34,827 nucleotides of DNA, taken from NCBI GenBank assembly GCA_046757525.1, contig JBHHYI010000027.1, forward strand, positions 1-34,827. The letters are read 5' to 3'. The notes under the pieces are model-generated. The model saw only the letters and a program-made list of their open reading frames with translations, ran no database searches and was not told the origin of the DNA. Position numbers and translations under genes: made by a program. The stretch is from a bacterium. Its GTDB lineage: Bacteria; Zhuqueibacterota; Zhuqueibacteria; Oceanimicrobiales; Oceanimicrobiaceae. Below, piece by piece: positions 1 through 8,811 of the stretch. The first letter of the stretch is position 1. Each line of letters starts with the position of its first letter.

Positions 1-13
1 AAGTTGATCAAGC

Positions 14-1576
14 ATGACGCAAAAGCAAGAAACAGCCGCGGGCATCAAACAATATCTCGCTAATCTCAAACAACTCCCTCAGAATCTCCGGCGTTCGATC
101 GTGCGGCATGGCGTGGCTGAAACCAGTCGAGCGAGGGCACAGACGATTTTCAGCAACATCTTTCTGCATATTCATTCGGTGAAAGTCCACCGCTTCTCGC
201 TGCGCTGGAACTACACCTTTGGGCTGGGCATCATGAGCGCCGGGTTGTTTTTCATCTTGACCGTCACCGGTTTTTTGCTGATGATTTACTACGAACCCAG
301 CACTCAACACGCCTACAATTCCATGAAGGACATCATCTACATCGTGCCTTCGGGTAGACTGGTGCGCAATGTGCACCGCTGGGCCGCGCACCTGATGGTG
401 ATTTGTGTCTTCCTGCACATGGCGCGTGTGTTTTACACCGGCTCCTACAAACGTGGTCGCGAGTTTAACTGGCTGGTCGGGCTGGTGCTTCTGGTGCTGA
501 CCCTGGCGTTGAGTTTCACCGGTTATTTGCTGCCGTGGGATCAATTGGCTTACTGGGCAGTGACCATTGGCACCAACATTGCTTCCTCACCGCAAGAACT
601 GACCGACGCCCTGGGCATTACTCAAAAAATCGATATCGGCTCGCTACAAAAACATTTGCTCATTGGCGCCGACCAGATCGGTAACAACGCCCTGGTGCGT
701 TTCTATTTTCTGCACTGCATTTTCCTGCCGCTGCTGCTGGTCTTGTTTGTGGCCGTGCATGTTTGGCGCGTGCGCAAAGATGGCGGCCTCTCCCGTCCCG
801 ACGAAATCGATCCGACCTGGCTCGAGGGTCTGCCGAAAAATGATATGGCCGAAAAAACCTTTGCTTCCAAATCGGTCAAAACCTACAGTCTGGTGGCCCT
901 GGTGAAGGGCAAGGGGCCCTCCCCTGACGGCGCCCCGGAAGACACAGTAGACGCCATGCCGCACGCCTTTGTGCGCGAGTTCACGGCCTTCATGCTCATT
1001 CTGGCGGTCACCGTGGTGTTGGCCTTCTTCTTCGACGCGCCTTTGAAAGAGCCCGCCAATCCGGCCGTGCCAGAGAATCCGGCCAAGGCCCCCTGGTATT
1101 TTTTGGGGCTCCAAGAACTGGTGAGCTATTCCGCTTTCATGGGCGGCATCGGCATTCCTACTATTGCGCTCATCGGACTCGGTCTAATCCCTTACCTCGA
1201 CAGAGATCAGTCCGGCATTGGCAAATGGTTTGAGAACGAAACCGGACGTCAGGTCGCCATTTGGTCGGTGGTGTTTTCAACCGTCGCTTGCCTCGCCATG
1301 CTGGCGCTGACGGTCAACTTCGGCTGGCTACGCAACTGGTTTCCGGACATCCCGCAAATCGTGATTACCTTTGTCAACCCTGGGACCATTCTGGTGATCT
1401 TGTTCGCCCTCTGGTCCCTGTTGATCATCAAGAGGTTGGATTCGATACGAATCGGAGCGATTGCGCTGTTCACCTGCTTCTTTATTGCCTTTATTATCCT
1501 GACCTATTTTGCCACGGTGCATCGCGGACCCAACTGGGATTTTTATTGGTGGCCGTCGCTGTGGCCGACGCACTGA
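14..1576 (+). CDS. Cytochrome b of a Rieske/cytochrome b complex (b6-like N-terminal domain fused to a subunit-IV-like C-terminal domain)
   Basis: Heme-ligand His pairs in VHRWAAHLMVICVFLH and RFYFLHCIFLPLLLVLFVAVH; GYLLPWDQLAYWA; PEWY-equivalent PAKAPWYFLG; many transmembrane segments. Confidence 0.93.
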   Translation: MTQKQETAAGIKQYLANLKQLPQNLRRSIVRHGVAETSRARAQTIFSNIFLHIHSVKVHRFSLRWNYTFGLGIMSAGLFFILTVTGFLLMIYYEPSTQHAYNSMKDIIYIVPSGRLVRNVHRWAAHLMVICVFLHMARVFYTGSYKRGREFNWLVGLVLLVLTLALSFTGYLLPWDQLAYWAVTIGTNIASSPQELTDALGITQKIDIGSLQKHLLIGADQIGNNALVRFYFLHCIFLPLLLVLFVAVHVWRVRKDGGLSRPDEIDPTWLEGLPKNDMAEKTFASKSVKTYSLVALVKGKGPSPDGAPEDTVDAMPHAFVREFTAFMLILAVTVVLAFFFDAPLKEPANPAVPENPAKAPWYFLGLQELVSYSAFMGGIGIPTIALIGLGLIPYLDRDQSGIGKWFENETGRQVAIWSVVFSTVACLAMLALTVNFGWLRNWFPDIPQIVITFVNPGTILVILFALWSLLIIKRLDSIRIGAIALFTCFFIAFIILTYFATVHRGPNWDFYWWPSLWPTH

Positions 1577-1602
1577 AATCTGAAGGAGCCAATGAAACAA
1601 AT

Positions 1603-2865
1603 ATGAAGCTTGTTTTATACATTTCGTCTGCGGTTCTTTTGCTTTTCACCGTCCTCTATTTTGTCGAAGAAAACATTTCGGCGGAGTGGCGGGCGTACCA
1701 GGCGCAGTATCTGCGTTTGCTGGCGCAAAAGCAAGGCAGCGACTCCCAGGGAAATGCAGATTTGCCCACCATCGAGTTGCGGCAGATCTATTTGCCTGAA
1801 ATGAACCGCGTGGACCGCTGCGTCACCTGTCACGTGGCCATCGAAGACCCGCGCTTCGCTAATGAAGACAATCCCTTGAAAACGCATCCGGGCGATTACC
1901 TGGAACACCACGACCCGGAAAAGTTTGGCTGCACCATTTGCCACGATGGCCAGGGCCGTGCCATCGTTTGGGCCGATGTTTTGGCCACGGCAGATGGCAA
2001 ATTCTGGGAAAAACCCATTTTGCAGCCGCCTTTTATTGAAGCCAATTGCTACCGCTGCCACAGCGACACGCTGGCACAAACGCCCAACTATAATCGTGGT
2101 AAACGTCTGTTTGAAACCAGTGGCTGTCTGGGGTGTCACCAGCGCGACGGCAAAGGGGGCTATCTTGCACCGGAATACCGGGGCCTGGGCGATGCCAGCT
2201 TCAATCTCAAGCACCCCACCGACAGTCTACGTACGGAACTCCTCGCCCAATTCAACAACAACCGCAACCTGGCGTATATTTACGAGTCCGTGCGCTACCC
2301 GACCGCGCAGCCGCCCAATTCGGTCATGCTCGACTACGGCTTTTCGCACGACGACGCCATCTCCATCGCGGTCTATTTGAAGAGTTTGACTTTGCCGGAA
2401 CCCGGGGTAACACGCCTGCCAAAAGCGAAAGAGCTGCCGTTGACTCTGTTAGAAAAGGGTCAGAAGACCTTCCAGCTTTACTGCCGCGCCTGTCACGGGG
2501 AGAATGGCCAGGGCGGGGTCAAGAATCCCAATTACAACAAAGATGAAATTCCGGAATTGGACCTGATCGCCGAGCGCATGTTTCTTTTTGAAAAAGAAGA
2601 TGCCGAAACGATCCTTCAAGCCATGGAGCAGTTTGGAGATCTGAATTTGGCCGACCCACCGCCCGACGTGCCCCGCTTCCCCGTGGTGCTGGCGCAGTAC
2701 AATGCCATCAAGGATGTGATCCGAAACGGCAACCCGGCGGCCAAGCGCGACCCGGAAGGCCCGCCTCCTTTCAACATGCCATCCTGGAAAAAAAGCATCT
2801 CCGATGAAGAGATCAACGCTGTTATTGCCTACCTCATCAGCACCTATGACTTTGAGGAGGAGTGA
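1603..2865 (+). CDS. Membrane-anchored pentaheme c-type cytochrome
   Basis: ATG at 1603 gives an N-terminal hydrophobic anchor (MKLVLYISSAVLLLFTVLYFV); five CxxCH motifs (CVTCH, CTICH, CYRCH, CLGCH, CRACH); directly follows cytochrome b. Confidence 0.9.
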   Translation: MKLVLYISSAVLLLFTVLYFVEENISAEWRAYQAQYLRLLAQKQGSDSQGNADLPTIELRQIYLPEMNRVDRCVTCHVAIEDPRFANEDNPLKTHPGDYLEHHDPEKFGCTICHDGQGRAIVWADVLATADGKFWEKPILQPPFIEANCYRCHSDTLAQTPNYNRGKRLFETSGCLGCHQRDGKGGYLAPEYRGLGDASFNLKHPTDSLRTELLAQFNNNRNLAYIYESVRYPTAQPPNSVMLDYGFSHDDAISIAVYLKSLTLPEPGVTRLPKAKELPLTLLEKGQKTFQLYCRACHGENGQGGVKNPNYNKDEIPELDLIAERMFLFEKEDAETILQAMEQFGDLNLADPPPDVPRFPVVLAQYNAIKDVIRNGNPAAKRDPEGPPPFNMPSWKKSISDEEINAVIAYLISTYDFEEE

Positions 2866-3048
2866 GCAAGACTGCACAACGCATCAAGCTTGCCGTACCT
2901 TTTGAATGGTTCTGGCTTGCCTGTTCTGGCTGGACTGCGTCTGCGGTTCAAAATCTCGGTTCTTCTTTCTTAAAACATACCAACTCTTGGATAGGCAAGC
3001 ACAGGGAGCAAAATTCCTTTAATCAGACAAGAAAATGCGAAAAAACCC

Positions 3049-3103
3049 TTGACATTTAGCCCTGTGTGATTATATTAGTCTTTAATACGGATAAAATTAT
3101 CTG
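3049..3103 (+). promoter_or_regulatory. Putative sigma70 promoter plus adjacent palindromic operator upstream of the molybdoenzyme genes
   Basis: TTGACA (3049-3054), 16-nt spacer, TATATT (3071-3076); imperfect palindrome CGGATAA-AA-TTATCTG at 3088-3103 in an AT-rich intergenic region. Confidence 0.5.
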
Positions 3104-3293
3104 ATTTTCCCACCAAGCCTTAAGACCAAAAGAGCGGTGCTATGAAAACAAACACGTTCTTCGCGTCAGATAATTACTTCAATATTGATTATTTGCAAAT
3201 GCTTTAGCTTTTCAACAAGTTTGTCTTCTAACTTCTAAGCGTTCTTTCTTTATTCCAATCTCAGATCATAACCGACCTTACTGCAGAAGGATT

Positions 3294-4934
3294 ATGAAAA
3301 TGAAAAAAAAGTTACTATCTCTTGAAGCGCACACCTGTTGGATTTTAGTGTTATGCGTGTTTGGGTCATGGAGTTGCGGCAAATCTGAAAATGTGAAAGA
3401 GGGCGCTTTCCAAGCAGGTGCGATTCCGGCCGAACTGCGACCCACTAAGATTATCCCCAGTTCACCAAAGCTATTGGAGTTAGGCAGGCGAACTTTCGAG
3501 AAAAAGTGCGCCCCGTGCCATGGCCTAAAAGGGAATGGCGAGGGTGAAGCAGCCTATCTTTTGTATCCAAAACCGCGCGATTTCGTAAGGGCCAATTTTC
3601 GCATGGTGTCGACCTGGGAGAGAATTCCAACTGATGACGACCTCTATTTCGTAATCTCACGGGGTATCCCTGGTTCTGCCATGCCGTCGTGGGCGCACTT
3701 ACCTGAGAAAACCCGTTGGGCTTTGGTGCACTACGTGAAGTCATTTGCTAAAAAACCGTTTCAGGCATCCACCGAAGAAAGTGAAGGCGGCAAAGGCGTG
3801 ATAAAAGTCCCACCACAGCCGCCTTACAACGACGAGACCGAAGCCCGCGCCAAAAAGATGTTTGCACAAGCCTGTGCGCCTTGCCACGGCCCTACCGGAA
3901 AAGGAGACGGCGTTCAGAAACAATTTGATGATAAGGGCTATCCGACCCGGCCCAGAGATTTGACACAAGGCGTGTTCAAAGGCGGCGCAGACAATGAGCA
4001 GATTTACCGCAGAATTGTTGCTGGCATGCCAGGCTCCCCCATGCCCATGAGCGACTGGGCCTACGGCGATGATGCCTGGCACCTGACACATTTTGTGCTT
4101 TCCATGTCTAGCGAAGAACAAAGAGAGCGCGTGGAGATGAAGAAATTCAGAATCCTGGCGCGCCGGGTAGAACAAATTCCACAACATCCGGATGCCGGTG
4201 TCTGGAGAGACGCTCAGGGCATAAACCTTCACATGATGCCCCTTTGGTGGCGTGACGACCGCCCCGAGATTTTGAATGTGAAAGCCTTGCACGATGGTAA
4301 GCAATTGGCCATTCGCCTCGTGTGGTCGGATGAAACCAACGATCATACGGCCATTCGCGTGCAGGATTTCCGCGATGCTGCGGCTGTGGAATTTGCTTTA
4401 ACCGATGATCCACCCTTCTTTGGCATGGGCCAGAGGGGGCAGCAGGTTAACATCTGGATGTGGAAATCGGAACGCCAGGCCGACATTGAGACGGCTTTCC
4501 AGGACATCGACAAGGTCTACCCAAACATTGGCATCGACTCCTATCCCAATCTCATGCGTTCGGCGCTCGAGCAACCCACGCGACACGCCCTGACTCTCAA
4601 GTCGGATCCTGATTTCATCACGGGCTGGGGCGCAGGCAACATTGTGTCCGATCCAATACGGAAAAGCGCTGCTGAAGATCTCTCAGCACAAGGGTTTGGC
4701 ACGCTCAAAGCTCGTCCCATGGTTGACCAACAAGTGCAAGCCAAAGGGGTCTACGACCTGGGGGCCTATCGCGTGGTGCTCAGGCGTCCTTTTGAGGGCA
4801 ACGGTAAGTTTAGTGTAGATCTCAGTCCTGGCCAGAGGGTGCCGGTAGCATTTGCAGTCTGGAACGGCAGTGCCGGCGACCGAGATGGCAAGAAGTCGGT
4901 CACGATTTGGCAGGAACTGGTGATTGTCCCATGA
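3294..4934 (+). CDS. Diheme cytochrome c fused to an ethylbenzene-dehydrogenase-gamma-like heme b domain (NxrC/gamma-type subunit), probable lipoprotein
   Basis: Two CAPCH motifs, each followed by a PRDF/PRDL...MP cytochrome c domain; C-terminal FRDAAAVEF...FFGMG...AFAVWNGSAGDRDGKK typical of DMSO reductase type II gamma subunits; signal peptide ending in Cys (FGSWSC). Confidence 0.85.
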   Translation: MKMKKKLLSLEAHTCWILVLCVFGSWSCGKSENVKEGAFQAGAIPAELRPTKIIPSSPKLLELGRRTFEKKCAPCHGLKGNGEGEAAYLLYPKPRDFVRANFRMVSTWERIPTDDDLYFVISRGIPGSAMPSWAHLPEKTRWALVHYVKSFAKKPFQASTEESEGGKGVIKVPPQPPYNDETEARAKKMFAQACAPCHGPTGKGDGVQKQFDDKGYPTRPRDLTQGVFKGGADNEQIYRRIVAGMPGSPMPMSDWAYGDDAWHLTHFVLSMSSEEQRERVEMKKFRILARRVEQIPQHPDAGVWRDAQGINLHMMPLWWRDDRPEILNVKALHDGKQLAIRLVWSDETNDHTAIRVQDFRDAAAVEFALTDDPPFFGMGQRGQQVNIWMWKSERQADIETAFQDIDKVYPNIGIDSYPNLMRSALEQPTRHALTLKSDPDFITGWGAGNIVSDPIRKSAAEDLSAQGFGTLKARPMVDQQVQAKGVYDLGAYRVVLRRPFEGNGKFSVDLSPGQRVPVAFAVWNGSAGDRDGKKSVTIWQELVIVP

Positions 4935-4989
4935 ACCCCAATAGAAACTTAAGGACGGATCATTTTAAATTCAAATAGTGGAGAATCCC

Positions 4990-7900
4990 ATGTCTGAAAA
5001 GAATCTGGAATCCTTTGGAGCGATGAACCGACGGCAGTTTTTGCGCTGGCTGGGGGCAGGAACGGGTACAACCCTTCTTGGCTTAAACCTGCCCTTGAAA
5101 CTCTTGGCCGCTGCTGACCCGAATGAAAACCCGTTAGCCGGTTCGGTGAATCGTTCCTGGGAAAAGATTTATCGCGATCAGTACAAATACGATTCCTGGT
5201 TCGATTGGGTCTGTTCGCCAAACGATACCCACGCATGCCGCGTGCGGGCTTATGTCCGTAATGGCATCGTCACGCGCCTGGGCTCTACCTATAATTACCA
5301 AACCTACAAGGACCTGTATGGCAATCACGCAACCCGCAACTGGAATCCCCGCCAATGTGCCAAAGGATATACTTTTCATCGGGTGATCTACGGACCTTAC
5401 CGCCTGAAGCATCCGATTGTGCGCAAAGGCTGGAAAGCGTGGGCCGAGGCGGGGTTTCCGGAGTTGACGCCTGAGCTGAAGGCCAGGTATAAGTTCGATA
5501 GCCGTGGAGACGATGAATTTGTGCAAATCTCCTGGCAGGACGCTTTTGACAACATCGCCAAAGCCCTGGAAACCATCGCCATCCGTTATAGCGGCAGCCA
5601 TGGGAAGAAGCTTCTCCAATCTCAAGGTTATCAGCCGGAGATGATCGAAGCGACGCAAGGGGCAGGAACGCGTTGTATCAAGATGCGGGGTGGAATGGGA
5701 TTGTTGGGTGTCATTGGCAAGTACGGCATGTACCGCCTCAACAATTCACTGGCCTTGCTGGATGCAAGAATTCGCGGGGTCAGCCAAGACAAAGCGCTGG
5801 GAGGGCGCAACTTCTCCAATTACACCTGGCACGGCGACCAGGCGCCGGGCCATCCCTGGGTTCACGGTCTGCAGACCTCCGACTGTGACTTCAATGATTT
5901 GCGTTTTTCTAAGCTCATCATCATGGACGGCAAAAATTTGGTGGAAAATAAACTGCCAGATTCCCACTGGTTTATCGAGTGCATGGAACGCGGCGCCAAA
6001 ATCGTGGTGATCACTCCGGAATATGGGCCGCCTGCCACCAAAGCAGATTACTGGATTCCCATTCGACCTTCTACCGACGCAGCCCTCTGGTTGGGCATCA
6101 CTAAGATCATCGTGGACAACAAATGGTACGACGAACCATTCCTCAAACGATTTACCGATTTTCCCCTCCTGGTTCGAAAAGATACTTTGAAACGTCTGCG
6201 AGCGCACGAGATTTTCCCGAACTATCAGAGCGATTTGTCCCCCGAGGGACCTTCCGTGAGGATTCAGGGATTCGCCAAAGATCAGCATGAAAAACTGGGC
6301 GATTATGTGGTCTGGGACCTCAAAGAAAAGAAAGCCAAAGCGGTCACACGCGACGACGTGGGCGAAGCCATGGAGAAAAAGGGCATCCATCCCGCGTTGG
6401 ATGGTAGCTTCAAGATCAAGTTGGTCAACGGAAGAGAAGTTCAGGTCGCGACCTTGTGGTCGTTGTACCAGGTTCACTTAAAAGATTACGATCTCGACAC
6501 CGTGTGTGAGATCACCCGCGCGCCAAAGAAACTGGTAGAGCAATTGGCCAAGGACATCGCCACGTTCAAACCAGTGGCTATTCATCAGGGCGAAGGCATC
6601 AACCACTGGTTCCATGCCACAGAGATGAACCGTGCGGCTTACTTGCCGGTTATTCTTACCGGCAACATTGGGAAACCAGGGGCAGGCTGTCAGACCTGGG
6701 CCGGCAATTACAAAGCGGGCCTCTTTCAGGGTTCTCCCTGGACTGGGCCTGGTTTTAAAGGTTGGGTTGCGGAAGACCCTTTTGCACCCAATCTGGATCC
6801 GGATGCGCATGGGAAAGAGATTAAAGTGCACGGACATGCGAAAGGGGAGGAACCAGCCTACTGGAATCACGGCGACAAAGCGTTGATTGTCAATACCCCC
6901 AAATATGGCAGGAAGAATTTCACCGGCGAAACCCACATGCCGACGCCGACCAAAGCGTTGCTGTTCAACAATGTGAACTTAATCAACAACGCTAAATGGG
7001 TCTACGAGATGATCAAGAACGTCAACCCGAATATTGAAATGATCGTCTCTTTTGATATTCAGATGACCGCTTCCATCGAATATTCCGATCTTGCTTTGCC
7101 GGCTAATTCCTGGTTGGAATTTGAGGACTTGGAGGTCACCGCCAGTTGTTCCAACCCGTTCTTGCAAATCTGGAAAGGTGGCATCCCGCCGGTCTTCGAC
7201 AGCAAAGATGATTTAGCCATCATCGCAGGCATCGCTAAAAGCCTGGCCAAATTGACCGGCGACAAGCGCTTTACCGATTATTTCAAATTTGAGTATGAGG
7301 GTAAACGCGGAGTCTACATTCAACGGTTGCTGGACACCAGCACAACCACAGCCGGTTACAAGTTACAAGACATCATGGCAGGTAAACACGGGCCGTCAGG
7401 AGGCGCCTTAATGCTGTTCCGGACCTATCCCCGCATTCCGTTTTACGAGCAGATCAAAGACAGCCAGCCTTTTTATACGGATACCGGGCGCCTCCATGCT
7501 TATTCCGACATTCCGGAGGCCATCGAGTATGGCGAGAATTTCATTGTCCACCGTGAGGGACCCGAAGCCACGCCATACCTGCCAAATGTGATCGTCAGCA
7601 CCAATCCATTCATTCGACCGGATGATTACGGCATTCCTCTTACTGCTCAACACTGGGATCATCGGACGATTCGTAATGTTAAGATGCCCTGGAGTAAGGT
7701 CAAAAACACCAAAAACTTTCTGTGGCAGAAGGGCTTCCAATTTTACTGCCTGACCCCGAAGACGCGCCATCGCGTGCACAGTGGCTGGTCCAACGTAGAT
7801 TGGCACATGCTGTACGATTCCAACTTTGGAGACCCGTACCGGCTGGACAAGCGCGCGCCGTGCGTCGGCGAGCACCAACTGCACATCAATCCGCAGGCGG

Positions 7901-8460
7901 CGCGGGACCTGGGCATCAACGACGGCGATTACGTGTACGTGGATGCCAACCCTGCGGACCGGCCCTATATTGGTGCCAAGCCGAATGAATTCTTCTATCG
8001 CGTGTCCCGCTGTATGCTGCGGGTCAAATACAATCACGCGTACCCGTACAACATCGTGATGATGAAGCACGCGCCATTCATTGCTACCGAGAAAAGCGTC
8101 AAGGCCCATGAGACCCGTCCCGATGGCCGCGCGCTTTCAGCAAACACCGGCTACCAGGCCAATCTGCGCTACGGTTCGCAACAGTCCATCACCCGCAACT
8201 GGCACATGCCCATGCACCAGACCGACCATCTATTTCATAAATCAAAGGTTTATATGGGATTTTTGTTTGGCGGAGAGGCAGACAACCATGCTATCAATAC
8301 CGTACCCAAGGAAACCCTGGTGCGCATTTCCAAAGCTGAAGATGGCGGCATGGGCGGCGTTGGTATTTGGCAGCCAGCGACCACGGGCTATACGCCGGAC
8401 AATGAAAGTGATTTCATGCAGGAGTATCTGGCCGGCAACTTAACGAAAGTTCAGGGCTAA
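4990..8460 (+). CDS. nxrA: Periplasmic nitrite oxidoreductase/nitrate reductase alpha subunit (Mo-bisPGD, DMSO reductase type II)
   Basis: Tat motif NRRQFL; FS0 motif CSPNDTHAC...C; NYTWHGDQ with Asp Mo ligand; C-terminal TPKTRHRVHS molybdopterin-binding region; strong remembered resemblance to Nitrospira/anammox NxrA. ATG 4990 follows GGAG; GTG 4978 is an alternative start. Confidence 0.88.
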   Translation: MSEKNLESFGAMNRRQFLRWLGAGTGTTLLGLNLPLKLLAAADPNENPLAGSVNRSWEKIYRDQYKYDSWFDWVCSPNDTHACRVRAYVRNGIVTRLGSTYNYQTYKDLYGNHATRNWNPRQCAKGYTFHRVIYGPYRLKHPIVRKGWKAWAEAGFPELTPELKARYKFDSRGDDEFVQISWQDAFDNIAKALETIAIRYSGSHGKKLLQSQGYQPEMIEATQGAGTRCIKMRGGMGLLGVIGKYGMYRLNNSLALLDARIRGVSQDKALGGRNFSNYTWHGDQAPGHPWVHGLQTSDCDFNDLRFSKLIIMDGKNLVENKLPDSHWFIECMERGAKIVVITPEYGPPATKADYWIPIRPSTDAALWLGITKIIVDNKWYDEPFLKRFTDFPLLVRKDTLKRLRAHEIFPNYQSDLSPEGPSVRIQGFAKDQHEKLGDYVVWDLKEKKAKAVTRDDVGEAMEKKGIHPALDGSFKIKLVNGREVQVATLWSLYQVHLKDYDLDTVCEITRAPKKLVEQLAKDIATFKPVAIHQGEGINHWFHATEMNRAAYLPVILTGNIGKPGAGCQTWAGNYKAGLFQGSPWTGPGFKGWVAEDPFAPNLDPDAHGKEIKVHGHAKGEEPAYWNHGDKALIVNTPKYGRKNFTGETHMPTPTKALLFNNVNLINNAKWVYEMIKNVNPNIEMIVSFDIQMTASIEYSDLALPANSWLEFEDLEVTASCSNPFLQIWKGGIPPVFDSKDDLAIIAGIAKSLAKLTGDKRFTDYFKFEYEGKRGVYIQRLLDTSTTTAGYKLQDIMAGKHGPSGGALMLFRTYPRIPFYEQIKDSQPFYTDTGRLHAYSDIPEAIEYGENFIVHREGPEATPYLPNVIVSTNPFIRPDDYGIPLTAQHWDHRTIRNVKMPWSKVKNTKNFLWQKGFQFYCLTPKTRHRVHSGWSNVDWHMLYDSNFGDPYRLDKRAPCVGEHQLHINPQAARDLGINDGDYVYVDANPADRPYIGAKPNEFFYRVSRCMLRVKYNHAYPYNIVMMKHAPFIATEKSVKAHETRPDGRALSANTGYQANLRYGSQQSITRNWHMPMHQTDHLFHKSKVYMGFLFGGEADNHAINTVPKETLVRISKAEDGGMGGVGIWQPATTGYTPDNESDFMQEYLAGNLTKVQG

Positions 8461-8498
8461 GAAAGTCTTAACCTTACGACTTTTAACCAGGAAAAAAC

Positions 8499-8762
8499 AT
8501 GCCTTACGACAACCCGGATCCGACCGACCCCAACATGCTGATTGGTGTGGAATTGCCAGCGATGGCGGAAACTACCGAGGACATGGCTTATGTGTTTGCC
8601 GAGGAATTCGCCCGCCTGAAATTCTCCAGGAGGAAAATTATGCACATCTTTAAACGACCGTTTTATGCAGGCGCTCATCGAGCCTATGTTGAGTTAGGGG
8701 AGGAAACGATCGAAAGAATCGTCGACGAATGTCTGGCCATTTGGGGCCACGATAGAGTTTAA
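8499..8762 (+). CDS. Small hypothetical protein between the alpha and beta subunit genes
   Basis: 87-aa ORF with AGGA RBS, filling the gap between alpha and beta genes on the same strand. Confidence 0.8.
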   Translation: MPYDNPDPTDPNMLIGVELPAMAETTEDMAYVFAEEFARLKFSRRKIMHIFKRPFYAGAHRAYVELGEETIERIVDECLAIWGHDRV

Positions 8763-8811
8763 CGGCAATTTGTTTTAAGCGGTTGTAATCCTTAATGAGA
8801 GGAGATTAACC

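Noticed and set aside
1261..1602. Long N-terminal extension of the pentaheme cytochrome ORF
   Set aside because: Overlaps the cytochrome b gene; ATG 1603 gives a sensible membrane anchor
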